This document shows positions 48,701 through 56,689 of a stretch of DNA of 64,000 nt, in pieces. The notes beneath the pieces are model-generated. The model was not told where the DNA came from. It worked only from the letters and a program-made list of their open reading frames with translations, and did not search any database. The DNA is taken from the IMG/VR virus record IMGVR_UViG_3300027969_000051; one strand, written 5' to 3'. Both the position numbers and the translations under genes were made by a program. Within the stretch, counting starts at the first letter, position 1, and each line of letters begins with the position of its first letter. Source of the stretch: an uncultured virus (IMG/VR IMGVR_UViG_3300027969_000051) (Duplodnaviria; Heunggongvirae; Uroviricota; Caudoviricetes).

Positions 48701-51700
48701 TATTGGGCAGTTATCGTACATGCCTGTAGTTCTGTAAACTGTGAAATAGTAACTGCCAAGTGATGCAGTTGTTGATGTACATACAGTGTTGATAGATACT
48801 GCTGGTTGAATTGTAACTCCTCGTAATTCTTCGCCGATGATTGCAGTATTCTCAGGAACAGAGATTGGTAATATTTCTGAGTATATTCCACTTTTAACAT
48901 TAATAGTTGTTGATATACCCGAGTTCGCTGACGGTATTAGTGCTTTACTTTTTGCAGTCAATGCCGAAGTAATGATAGACATCAAACTTGTAATTTGTGT
49001 GCTCGTACCCGCTTCAACAACGATTGCTGGATAAAACAACTGTGCAATCTGTAATGATGGAGCAACAGTATTGTTACTTTGATTCGTTGGGCTCAATACT
49101 GCTCCAGGTAATACATAAGTGGTAATCAACCCTAACAAATAATTTAATGCCGCGATGAAAAATGGCATCTCAGCAGTTACGGCTGCATTAGTGAATGTAG
49201 TTGAGCTTTCAATTGCAAAATACGCCAGTGCTGCCGCAACAGTTTGACTGTTACCGCCTCGAGTTATATCATATACGATTGCATCAATAACATAGCCTGC
49301 ATCTCTAATAGTTTTAGTTTGATCAAACACTGAGCTTGCCGAAAACGGCGCCGTGTTACTTGCTTTTTGTGAAAGCATCCAGTAATACATTTCTGTTGTT
49401 GCAAATTGTTTATTCTGATTTATAATGTAGGCGGCATTTTGATATAATGCGCCGGCCTTGGCTACTGAACACGCATAGGCAATAGTCTTCCAAGGCTTGT
49501 CCCAATCTAACCCCGGGTTAGAGTCGCTGCCTATAGAACTCGACACGTAGTACACCTTGCTTATTTGATGTAATTTTGCCCAGTTGGGGGTATTACTAGT
49601 ATTTCTTAAAACACTACTTGGTAATCCAATGTTAATGTCCGCATATGCATTGTTATTGTATGTTTCTAAATCCCCGATGGCATTCATAGCATTTTTTCTA
49701 GCGTGTGCAGATTCTAAAGTCCAGTAAGTTCCAGATGTATCTAAATCAGGGCGATTAGCAGGAAGAGCAGTATGTGTTTGAACACAAACATACGTGCCAT
49801 TTTGCCAAACAACTAAATCGCTTTGGACATATTTTTTTCCAACAGCAGTACCGGTTGATGATATTGCTGTTATGTTTCTGCCGTAACCGATAGCAGTGAT
49901 TGTAATGGTCAAGTCATTAATGCCATCAGTACCACCTAATGTTGACCCTAAAATCTTAACAGTATCATTGACTGTGTAATTTGATCCGCCTGCAACTAAT
50001 GTAACACTATACACAGGGCCGATAGCTGTTATATTATATGTCGATCCTGAACCCGATGAAGCAAAGTTAACAGGTGAAATATTTGAATACGAAGCAAGAG
50101 TAGTCCAGAACGAGTTCCAACTTTCTCCTGGAACTAGTAGCTTCCAATAGACCTGATTAATACTAGTGAAACTTAAATTTTGACCGTTGGTTAGAGTTCC
50201 GTCAGGTGGGTAGTTTAATATTAGGCTAGTGCCTGCGGCATTAGTTGAAGTAACTGCTTGACCTAATGTAAATCCGGCACCTTGAACAATCATACCAGGT
50301 AAAACTGTTACCCCGTAGGTTAACTGATAGCCGCCAGCAATAGTTGCTGGTGTGCCGCTTGAAGCAACTGTTTGACTAACACTGATTGTGTACGTGCCAG
50401 CAAGTCCTGCTGTAAAAAAATTAATTGTAGTTGTATTTAACGGGGCAGAAGTTGCTACACTTGCGCCTGCAAGATTTACTAATGGTATGCTTGTGCCGCC
50501 GTTTATGTATGTTGATCCTACATAAGTACCGACAGGAATTCCTGAAGCAACAATCCACTGCCCGGCAGTAATATTGGTAGCACTTGCTACAGTGACTATA
50601 CTAGCTCCACTCGATGCTGTGGCTGTAGTTGTTGCGGTGGCGCCGTTCGTTGCAGTTAATTGTGATGTTATATATGTGTTATCTGAGAATGTTCCGTTAG
50701 CAATACCGTATATTAAATATGCGGCATTTGGTAATATTGGATCACTTCCACCGCCAGTAACAGTTAGCGTTGTTCCTGAAGAATATCCGCTGAATGTTAT
50801 CTGTGGGCTGGTTATAGTTACAGGATTGCTAAGGGTAATACTGCTCACACCCACAGAAGCAACGGTAGTTCCAATAGGAATACCAGGACCGGTAATTGGG
50901 GAGCCTAGCGGAATTGATGCGTACCCTCCGGCTAATCCAATAAAGTTCGGGTTGCCTGGCCCAATTCCGGTGATAGTAGTTCCTGAGGCAACAAGTGATG
51001 CAAGGAAAGTACCGCCTACTTTTAGTGTAGTTCCGGAACTACCTGTAGAATTATAGTTCATTGCTACACTATAATCAGATGGATCTTGAGGAGCTAGGTT
51101 ACTGAATTGTAAGTCTGTCGAATTGTTGTCAACAAATGCTTCAAATAAATTACCTTTTCGTCTAACAACACTACCCACTTTATAGGGTTGATTGCTAGCC
51201 CACTCATCGCGCAATTCAAAACCTTGTACTAGTAAAGTCCATGCTGATGTAGCTGTTGACGGAATATTCCCTATGTTATTTGCCGTGATCGAAATGTAAT
51301 TAAATCCGCCATATAATACTGTATCGCCGACTTGGAATGTTATAGTACTGCTCCAGGTGCCGGCCATGTCCGACCCTTGCAGATACATGGTAAAACTGGT
51401 AGCGGCAAATACAGTACCTGAGGTATGCGGGGTTGTGCAGATGTATATATCTGGGTTTAATTTTACAAGATCGTTAAATTTATACCGAACATTGGCCGGG
51501 CTCCAGGCTCCTTTATATTCAACACCTTGGAATAAAATAGTCCATTTACCTAAGTCTGGTTCGAGTCCTATCCCTACATTGGCTGCGCTGGTATGGTTTG
51601 AATTACAAATATATACCATGCCGCCGTATTTTACAACATCGCCTATGCCATACACTGTGGCCGGTAACCATGTTGGTTTCCACGCATCAAATTTTAAATA

Positions 51701-52036
51701 TACTGACCAATTTGCTTCGTCAATAGTAGTTAATCCGGAAGTGTGCGATACTGCACATATATATAACTGTCCGCCAAATTTAACAATGTCTTTAACATTA
51801 TATAATGTACTGGCCTGCCAAGCATTTCTCCAAGTCTTTCCGTCAAGTACTAACTGCCAATAATTAGTTGGAGTCTGCGCAAGGTCTGCCGCAAATCCAG
51901 ATGAAGTATGTGGTACTAAACACACAAATGTACGTCCGCCAAAACTGACTACTGCGTCCTTATTATAAAAAGTAGCAGTGGTCCAGGCTCCGAACCATGT
52001 GTATCGTAATCGACTAAGTTTAAATTCTGCTGTCAT
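42722..52036 (-). CDS. Giant modular fibre/structural protein B (3104 aa), paralog of A
   Basis: Same architecture and ends as A (AEFKLSRLRY vs AEYKLGRIKF; RLT.HD.L.IG; TDQDGNF.VGNLFGVQQATG; PTQKAIK). Confidence 0.85.
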   Translation of the reverse strand: MTAEFKLSRLRYTWFGAWTTATFYNKDAVVSFGGRTFVCLVPHTSSGFAADLAQTPTNYWQLVLDGKTWRNAWQASTLYNVKDIVKFGGQLYICAVSHTSGLTTIDEANWSVYLKFDAWKPTWLPATVYGIGDVVKYGGMVYICNSNHTSAANVGIGLEPDLGKWTILFQGVEYKGAWSPANVRYKFNDLVKLNPDIYICTTPHTSGTVFAATSFTMYLQGSDMAGTWSSTITFQVGDTVLYGGFNYISITANNIGNIPSTATSAWTLLVQGFELRDEWASNQPYKVGSVVRRKGNLFEAFVDNNSTDLQFSNLAPQDPSDYSVAMNYNSTGSSGTTLKVGGTFLASLVASGTTITGIGPGNPNFIGLAGGYASIPLGSPITGPGIPIGTTVASVGVSSITLSNPVTITSPQITFSGYSSGTTLTVTGGGSDPILPNAAYLIYGIANGTFSDNTYITSQLTATNGATATTTATASSGASIVTVASATNITAGQWIVASGIPVGTYVGSTYINGGTSIPLVNLAGASVATSAPLNTTTINFFTAGLAGTYTISVSQTVASSGTPATIAGGYQLTYGVTVLPGMIVQGAGFTLGQAVTSTNAAGTSLILNYPPDGTLTNGQNLSFTSINQVYWKLLVPGESWNSFWTTLASYSNISPVNFASSGSGSTYNITAIGPVYSVTLVAGGSNYTVNDTVKILGSTLGGTDGINDLTITITAIGYGRNITAISSTGTAVGKKYVQSDLVVWQNGTYVCVQTHTALPANRPDLDTSGTYWTLESAHARKNAMNAIGDLETYNNNAYADINIGLPSSVLRNTSNTPNWAKLHQISKVYYVSSSIGSDSNPGLDWDKPWKTIAYACSVAKAGALYQNAAYIINQNKQFATTEMYYWMLSQKASNTAPFSASSVFDQTKTIRDAGYVIDAIVYDITRGGNSQTVAAALAYFAIESSTTFTNAAVTAEMPFFIAALNYLLGLITTYVLPGAVLSPTNQSNNTVAPSLQIAQLFYPAIVVEAGTSTQITSLMSIITSALTAKSKALIPSANSGISTTINVKSGIYSEILPISVPENTAIIGEELRGVTIQPAVSINTVCTSTTASLGSYYFTVYRTTGMYDNCPIQFAAPIINANVTFVPLGGVTAGTTYYVIGASITPTTFSASTVPSISITGNITSGSGTVSALSSTTGLVAGGFITGLGIPDNTTILSVNSNSATITISNNATASFSAVPFVCSGPPVIITSATGSVAANTAMLVYGGDAVKSMFYMRNGSGLRNATLAGLLGTLGAQDAYEIQRPTGGVYVGLDPGTGINDTTAWIFRRSPYIQNVTAFGNGCTALKIDGNLHAGGNKSIVANDFTHIVSDGIGVWCTGPGALTECISVFSYYGYTGYFAEGGGRIRAANGNSSYGNYGAISEGYDITEVPTTGYIYNKSTQVQATVASSFGSVGKLLKLLYTNAGEAYNSTTTNLLNYSNGFNTGSWTTDGNVTVQQISTAPTGLVEAWTVYGTTSNNAGDSYIYQNIAIPKAGGTYTNLSGNNLTGSGVGATFDVTVTATTFVATVNSPGDGYVQGGLILIPGALLGGLSGINDCILYISQVTGSAVNQVVTQVAPDNPASGDVPAGSALPYTFSVYINQGTAAQLDIQAIFSGSTTATSGVTYTFATGVVTPNSSGAGVTPTSYKAQIGTSQGWVRLWFSTYDPTGLMTQVQFRIYPRGYTGASGTYSVIYGAQAEIGNSTFATPLSPSFYYQTLNNRYTSYANFNITGAGTGAITVGDEIRSGSVFQTRVIGDSTGVVGGSGYFTASNNAQTGDTDSIQFAQSDVNTASNYLTLRVFINSGTGAGQYGYISSFDTTSKTATVLKESFTALGITATTSPANTFVIAPAASTLAFYTGMPVQFLPTYYSAVVSATSLNQVTVTASTGGTTNTLTVASTAAMFVNMPVTFSGTLFTTVIAGFTYYVTAIINETTIQLGTAPFQSGAAAWGVTTASGAMIANFTSNNSYLTGSTTNMVANFPIQFTGSTFGGINTGITYYVNDVVNATNFMISGSLVNVTVTRTVSGTNVLTVASNASLIPTNPIIFNTYSGDPGITVGTKYYISSIPSGSSTTFKISANVIRVNVTSTEYIGSLINCTSTVGFVPNQPIRFTGSTAGNIQPDFTYYILAVNDSTSFNISTQVGGTALQLSNVTSCLFGATTCPLPVTLTGAYITVTPTATGVSTGTTITVSSGVGIVAGMSVTGTNIGVGAKVDVSYVAASTTVPVTVANTGTVNTTVTITSGTMVGTSTATKTKLSLGQGAMTATFSTPLFGGVVQGTNYYINTFSSSNFTVASSLANVGVATVPLSSATGSMNVGATGWDHVVAGTPAVDTLDSTSVYFVEPRLIYSAPTFTQTSSGSTILLAPSNSYSYSAYGNGTWLAFANAGSTVASSTDGANWAQLTLAVNPTAWGAVEYGAGYFVAVTRGTSCIAVYSNSNGQSWKSVAMPSDSSWSQLTYGNGIFVAIATGTTKVAYSTTFGSSWSTSTLPAALAWTGLTYGAGLFIAISSGGSTVIPTAASGSAGTATLTFSVLGTAPFIIGQTIVVSGMTPSGYNGTYKVTGCNTTTVQYVNATTAAGSVFGTIIGNSVVAYSTNATTWNVSSTPNQTTWSSIDYGNNSFVAVSSSSSKASYTQDGINWYQSNLSFTADQIRYGQGVFVAIGNTSGVAWTSDSGLEWAQQSISNTTWGTMAFGVNSSGVGRWILLGGTNNGSYISAGIRTRARANIISNTITSITEFEPGSGYTSDPTLTIIDPNFSVPVVTQVRRSNNALASPTFVNRGVGYNTTSTAVITTGNGYSNSYQTGLTLIMNNLSKAPSVGDNLIITGIDQVYKVTSAVAVYGSVAPTLQANISISPAMTTALSPVDGTTVSIRSLYSQCRLTNHDFLNIGYGDFETSNYPGFPDAGYASTPNNQTVEVNYGRVFYSSTDQDGNFKVGNLFGVQQATGIVTLSASQFALSGLNSISLGGIAVGGSSTIITQFSTDGTFVANSDTILPTQKAIKTYLTSRLSQGGANTFTGQLIAGTVIVGGANKITSSVPQGTSGSVVNMTSKVYISGAAFAGVDGNMAALDFFMRGVVNRGSV

Positions 52037-52051
52037 GTTAAATTTTTCCTA

Positions 52052-52432
52052 TTAACCTATTGAAACAATTTGTTGAGCGGTATATGGATATGCTTGATTG
52101 ATCCTTACAACTAGATTTCCTACAGTATCGATGTAATAGGAACAGTTACGGCTATCCCATCGATACTGATCAAATATTAAATTAGGGTATGGTCTGGTAT
52201 GGTCGTCTGCAAGACGTCCGTCAAAGAAATCAACACCATATTCAAAATTTTCAAAATTATTATTTGCATTTCCTGGTACATTGAGTGTTATAGATGCTAC
52301 ACTAGTTAGTTGATCAATTTTGTAAAAAAACAATGTACCGTCATCTGTTCGACGTAGCCCGTAGAAATATCTAGGATTTCCGTCACCTAAAATATCTCCT
52401 ACACTAAATTCGTTACCAACATAAAATGTCAT
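52052..52432 (-). CDS. Hypothetical aromatic-rich protein in fibre block
   Basis: FYGLRRTDDG, QYRWD..YYID..G.LVVRIN; AAGGA SD. Confidence 0.75.
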   Translation of the reverse strand: MTFYVGNEFSVGDILGDGNPRYFYGLRRTDDGTLFFYKIDQLTSVASITLNVPGNANNNFENFEYGVDFFDGRLADDHTRPYPNLIFDQYRWDSRNCSYYIDTVGNLVVRINQAYPYTAQQIVSIG

Positions 52433-52442
52433 AATATTATCC

Positions 52443-52775
52443 TTAACTTATTTCAACGTAACTCATTACTAGATCCACACTGGCTGCATTATTAGAAGTA
52501 ATAATCACATATGTACTTGCTCCTAGCACTAGACGTTCGCCGCCGTTAATAACTCGCAAGCTAGTGTTTGCAGGGATTACTACGTTGTTTATGTAGTATG
52601 CCGTAGTACTTGTAATAGTATCTTGCAATTGAATGCTGACTAATATTGTTGATGATGTAATATTCGTCATGCTTAATCCGATAACAGTAGTAGTCGCAGA
52701 ACCGCTAGATGTTAGCACTGTTGTCGGAGTTGTTCCTAATCCTGAACTTAAAACATTTTTAAATACGGTTGCCAT
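52443..52775 (-). CDS. Small beta-rich virion protein (~110-aa family)
   Basis: TTVIGLSMTN...VVIPANTSL...GERLVL...SVDLVMSYVE. Confidence 0.75.
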   Translation of the reverse strand: MATVFKNVLSSGLGTTPTTVLTSSGSATTTVIGLSMTNITSSTILVSIQLQDTITSTTAYYINNVVIPANTSLRVINGGERLVLGASTYVIITSNNAASVDLVMSYVEIS

Positions 52776-52778
52776 TTT

Positions 52779-55454
52779 TTATCCTAAACTTATAACGATA
52801 CCTAATGCGATATCTGTTGCTACACTGAATGTTACGCCGCCACTGCTTCCAGCAACGCTTTGCCACGCACCGGCTGCATTGAATACTTCAACTAATTGTA
52901 AATCTGTATTATAACGAATCATACCTGTTTCAGAGTATACAACAGAAGGTCGTTGCGCTGTTGTCCCAACCGGAACAACAACACCGTATGTACCTGCAAA
53001 TTTTACAGTTCCCGATGTTGTACCTGTAATTGTTGTTGAATTAACAGTTTGCACTGGGCTTACAAAATATGTACCAGTCGCACCAGTACCAGTTAACACA
53101 TTATTTTCGGCGTTAGTCGATGTGATAAACGCACCGCTTGCAACACCAGAACCACTTAGTGCCATTCCGTTTGCAATCGTTCCGGTAACTGTACCAGATA
53201 CTGTCATAGTTACCGGAGTTGATGTAATAGATTGACTGTTAACAGTCTGTGTAGTATTTAACGTCCAGCTACTTGATGCGCTTGTTCCAGTTCCACTTAT
53301 ATTTGATACAACATACGAACCTGTTGAAACTCCTGATCCGGTAATTACACTTCCAATAGATATACCAGTATTGCCTGTACCAAACGGAGATGTGTTACTA
53401 TATGCCACATTGCTGCCACCGCCTTGTGTAACTGTTTGAATTCCTGAAGTATCTGTTAGTATGCTTGTGCTTGTACTGGCCAATAATAACAATTTTGTAT
53501 TAGTGATTGACGGCAGTTGACCTACAGGGATCGTAATTGTTGATGCTGTTGGGTCATAAACATTTGAACTAGTAGTGATACGCAGATTAGTAATCTGGCC
53601 TGGAAATAACCAAGTCAACCCCTGTTGTACTCCGACATAATTAGTGTATCCGGTGTAGTTAGTGTTATTTGTAATAGTGCCGGTTGATGATCTAGTGCCA
53701 TTGATAAACACTGTTTCAACTCCTGAAGAGTTTCTAGTAACTGCTACATGATGCCATGTATTGTAAGGTAACGTTGCTGTGTATAAGTTGTTACCACCTG
53801 CAGTTGATGTAACTCTTATACCGGTTGTTCCGACAGTTGACACAGCATAACCGCCAGTACTTGTTGATCCAATAAGGGCGGCTTGCCCAGATCCAGATGC
53901 TCCTGTTTGATAAAAACTACATTCAAATGTGTAGGCAGTGCTGGCAAACTGCATGCCAGGAGAAAATGTCAAGTACTGATTTGTACCGTTGAATCCTAAA
54001 CTTCCTCCAAACGCATTTGACGGTACAGTTGACACAGTTAGTGTATTACCTGCAATGCTAGCTGTAAATATTGCGCCAGTAGTTGATGTAATAACGCCGG
54101 TAAATGATGCTGTTCCTGTTGCTTGTTGGAAGGTAGTTACTGCGTTAGCCACTGTGTTTGTTACAGTATTGCCTACAAATTTTAAGTTACCAATTTGAAT
54201 ACCACCGGTGCCAGTAGTAGCTAGATTAATGTCAGTATTAGTGTTAATTGCACTAATTGTGTTACCAGTGATATCTAATCCTGCTGTTTTAAAATCAACA
54301 GCATTTACATTTGTCACACTTAGATTGACAGCATTGAGTGTATTTGCGTATACGTTATTCCAAAATAAGCTACCTACTTGTGTAAGTCTAATTGTTGCAC
54401 CCGAGCCGCCGGGCAATGTTAGTACATCATTTAAAGTGTATCCAGTACCTGGAGTTGCTACGGTCACGGCAGTAACAAGCCCGCCAGTTATTGTAGTTAC
54501 TGTTATTGTTAAATTTTGTGTAGGAGTTGTGCCACCTAGGCTTGCACCAGCAATAACGATCGTATCACTGGCTGCATAACCCGACCCTGGAGTAGTAACA
54601 GTGATTGTAGTTACACCGGAATAATTTGTTCCTGTTCCAGTTTTTCCAATGGTAAATTGTGCACCAATACCAGTTCCACTTGTAGATAACTGAGTTACTA
54701 GTGTGTAACTAAATGCTATACCGATAGCAGTACCTGTTGGGCTACCTGCAACTGTTAGTTGTCCGTTGGCCGTTGCTGTAAGTGTAAATGTTGTTGCAGA
54801 TCCTGTGCCGCCTGTCGGAGTTACTACTGATCCGTTTACATATCCAGTACCTGCTGTGATTACTGTTGCTAGTTGAGCTGGGCCAACGCCTTGCCCTAAA
54901 TTATATGTGTTAGTGGTTGCTGGTAATATGTTACTATTGATTTCACCTGCAAAGGTAATCGTATCAGTTACTGCATCGCCTAGTACAATATTGCCGTCAG
55001 CAGTGATTGATCCTGTTGCGTGTAAATTACCAGATACTAATGTATTAGCATTAAGATTAATTTGCCCAGTACCGTTAGGTGTTACATTAATATCACCATT
55101 GGTATTTGTTGATGCAATTACATTGCCGGTAAGACTTAAATTTCCAACTAACGCTGTTCCTTGATAAACAGTGGCATTAGGACCAGTTGGGGTAAATGTA
55201 ATTGTAGAATTGTTACTAGATACTGTACTACCTGAAAATGTCAGTAGTCCTAGTTGTGCTGAGTTGCTAGCATATATGTTGGTAGTACGGGTTGTTCCAT
55301 TAACTGTTAGGTCATTTGTAGGCGTGGTTGTATTAATGCCGACGCGGCTATTAACAACATCCAAGTAGAGAAGGCTCGTCTCGAAGGCTAAATTTACACC
55401 ATTACGCTGTAAATTATCCTTTAAGAGCGGCCCTGAGATTCGACCAACAGCCAT
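52779..55454 (-). CDS. Tail fibre-like protein with LamG/ConA-like lectin domain
   Basis: SLGFNGTNQYL, TFEC.FY, NTWHHVAVTR, FPGQITNLRI, NTKLLL; C-terminal PVGTTAQRP..GMIRYNTD. Confidence 0.8.
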   Translation of the reverse strand: MAVGRISGPLLKDNLQRNGVNLAFETSLLYLDVVNSRVGINTTTPTNDLTVNGTTRTTNIYASNSAQLGLLTFSGSTVSSNNSTITFTPTGPNATVYQGTALVGNLSLTGNVIASTNTNGDINVTPNGTGQINLNANTLVSGNLHATGSITADGNIVLGDAVTDTITFAGEINSNILPATTNTYNLGQGVGPAQLATVITAGTGYVNGSVVTPTGGTGSATTFTLTATANGQLTVAGSPTGTAIGIAFSYTLVTQLSTSGTGIGAQFTIGKTGTGTNYSGVTTITVTTPGSGYAASDTIVIAGASLGGTTPTQNLTITVTTITGGLVTAVTVATPGTGYTLNDVLTLPGGSGATIRLTQVGSLFWNNVYANTLNAVNLSVTNVNAVDFKTAGLDITGNTISAINTNTDINLATTGTGGIQIGNLKFVGNTVTNTVANAVTTFQQATGTASFTGVITSTTGAIFTASIAGNTLTVSTVPSNAFGGSLGFNGTNQYLTFSPGMQFASTAYTFECSFYQTGASGSGQAALIGSTSTGGYAVSTVGTTGIRVTSTAGGNNLYTATLPYNTWHHVAVTRNSSGVETVFINGTRSSTGTITNNTNYTGYTNYVGVQQGLTWLFPGQITNLRITTSSNVYDPTASTITIPVGQLPSITNTKLLLLASTSTSILTDTSGIQTVTQGGGSNVAYSNTSPFGTGNTGISIGSVITGSGVSTGSYVVSNISGTGTSASSSWTLNTTQTVNSQSITSTPVTMTVSGTVTGTIANGMALSGSGVASGAFITSTNAENNVLTGTGATGTYFVSPVQTVNSTTITGTTSGTVKFAGTYGVVVPVGTTAQRPSVVYSETGMIRYNTDLQLVEVFNAAGAWQSVAGSSGGVTFSVATDIALGIVISLG

Positions 55455-55460
55455 TATTGC

Positions 55461-55581
55461 TCCCGTATACCCCGTGTTTCACGGTTAACCAAATTTGCAT
55501 TTTCATGCGCATCCTTACGGCTCTTTGCTGGTTTACCACAGTTGAATATCGCAAAAACTTGGTCAGTCTTTACAGTATTAG
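55461..55581 (-). ncRNA. Candidate structured 5' leader RNA (multi-stem, unassigned)
   Basis: GACCAAGUUU/AAAUUUGGUU 10-bp helix enclosing UUUGC/GCAAA and GCAU-GAAA-AUGC; then CCGUG-AAA-CACGG; lies between a late promoter and the SD. Confidence 0.55.
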
Positions 55582-55587
55582 TATTTA
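55582..55587 (-). promoter_or_regulatory. Late promoter core TAAATA
   Basis: gcTAAATAc, about 127 nt upstream of ATG 55454. Confidence 0.65.
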
Positions 55588-55600
55588 GCTGTTTTGGTTT

Positions 55601-56674
55601 TTATAGGCCGAAGATGATACTATAGAGAGTTGATAGGTCTTGAATTTGTGCAGTTGTTAGTGATGTACTTGTGCCGCCTACTGGTTGCCAAGTAGTACCA
55701 GAATATACTTCACCGTATCCTAGATCAGTATTGTAACGCATTTCGCCGATATCTGGAATAGGGTCTCGTTTTACTGTAGGGCCTGCCGGAATTGTTATAG
55801 CTTTAGTTCCGACAAACTTTACATACCCTTGACTAGTGCTAGATATTGTATAATTTCCTACTAAAGGAATATAAATGTTACTGCCTTTTATATAGTTAAC
55901 AGAATTAAATTTAACTGTTCCGGTGCCGTTACCCTGCAACAATATACTATTGATCCCGTCAATATTAGTAATCGTGTTTCCGGTGGCTGTAATATTCCCT
56001 ACGTTTAAAGTGGCTGTTACAGAGTTAGTATTACTTGATAGATTTATAGTCCCTGGAATATTTGAATAATATGTATAGATGTTATTCCACTGTAATGAAG
56101 AAGAACCTAAATCGTAAGTGTTAGTGATGTCTGGTGAAATATTACTAGTAACATCGGCTGCAAAAGTTATGCGATCACTCGTAGAATCTCCAAACTGAAT
56201 ACTGCCGTCAAACGTAATATTGCCAGTTGCATGTAGGGTTCCGTTGACTAATACATTGGTATTTAAATTTACTTCACCTGTTCCGTTAGGAGTTATATTA
56301 ACGTTAGAGTTAGTAGTCGTGCTACTAATTGTATTGGTATAAGCATAAAGATTTGCCGTGCTTAACCCGGGCGTAGCTATTCGTGGATTTATTTGATTAG
56401 GACTAATAGTTATATTATTTCCTAATACGTGTTGAATCGTACTACCAGCGACAATAAAATTGCCAATATCTGCTGTAGCGTCTACAATCCAATTGGTTGA
56501 ATTGATTGCTGTCGGAGTATAAAGATCGTTAACCGGGGTTGCAGAATTAAAGCCAACTCGGTTTTTAGTTACATCAAGATATAGAACTTTAGTATCGAAC
56601 GCAAGATTTTGGCCGTTACGTTTGATATTATCTGCTAGTAACGTACCACCTATTCTACCTAGTTCTCGCCCCAT
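55601..56674 (-). CDS. Tail fibre-like protein, short paralog of 52779-55454
   Basis: Shares GRI.G.LL.DN..RNG.NLAF...LYLDV N-terminus, LHATG.IT.DG.I..GD motif and GEMRYNTD C-terminus. Confidence 0.8.
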   Translation of the reverse strand: MGRELGRIGGTLLADNIKRNGQNLAFDTKVLYLDVTKNRVGFNSATPVNDLYTPTAINSTNWIVDATADIGNFIVAGSTIQHVLGNNITISPNQINPRIATPGLSTANLYAYTNTISSTTTNSNVNITPNGTGEVNLNTNVLVNGTLHATGNITFDGSIQFGDSTSDRITFAADVTSNISPDITNTYDLGSSSLQWNNIYTYYSNIPGTINLSSNTNSVTATLNVGNITATGNTITNIDGINSILLQGNGTGTVKFNSVNYIKGSNIYIPLVGNYTISSTSQGYVKFVGTKAITIPAGPTVKRDPIPDIGEMRYNTDLGYGEVYSGTTWQPVGGTSTSLTTAQIQDLSTLYSIIFGL

Positions 56675-56689
56675 GGTAGACTCCTAATG

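Noticed and set aside
55461..55581. c-di-GMP-I riboswitch (GGUAAACC..GCAAAG) or hammerhead (CUGA..GAAAC)
   Set aside because: The intervening GAAA-capped P2 helix of c-di-GMP-I is absent. CUGA is not followed by NGA, and the stem order does not fit a hammerhead.
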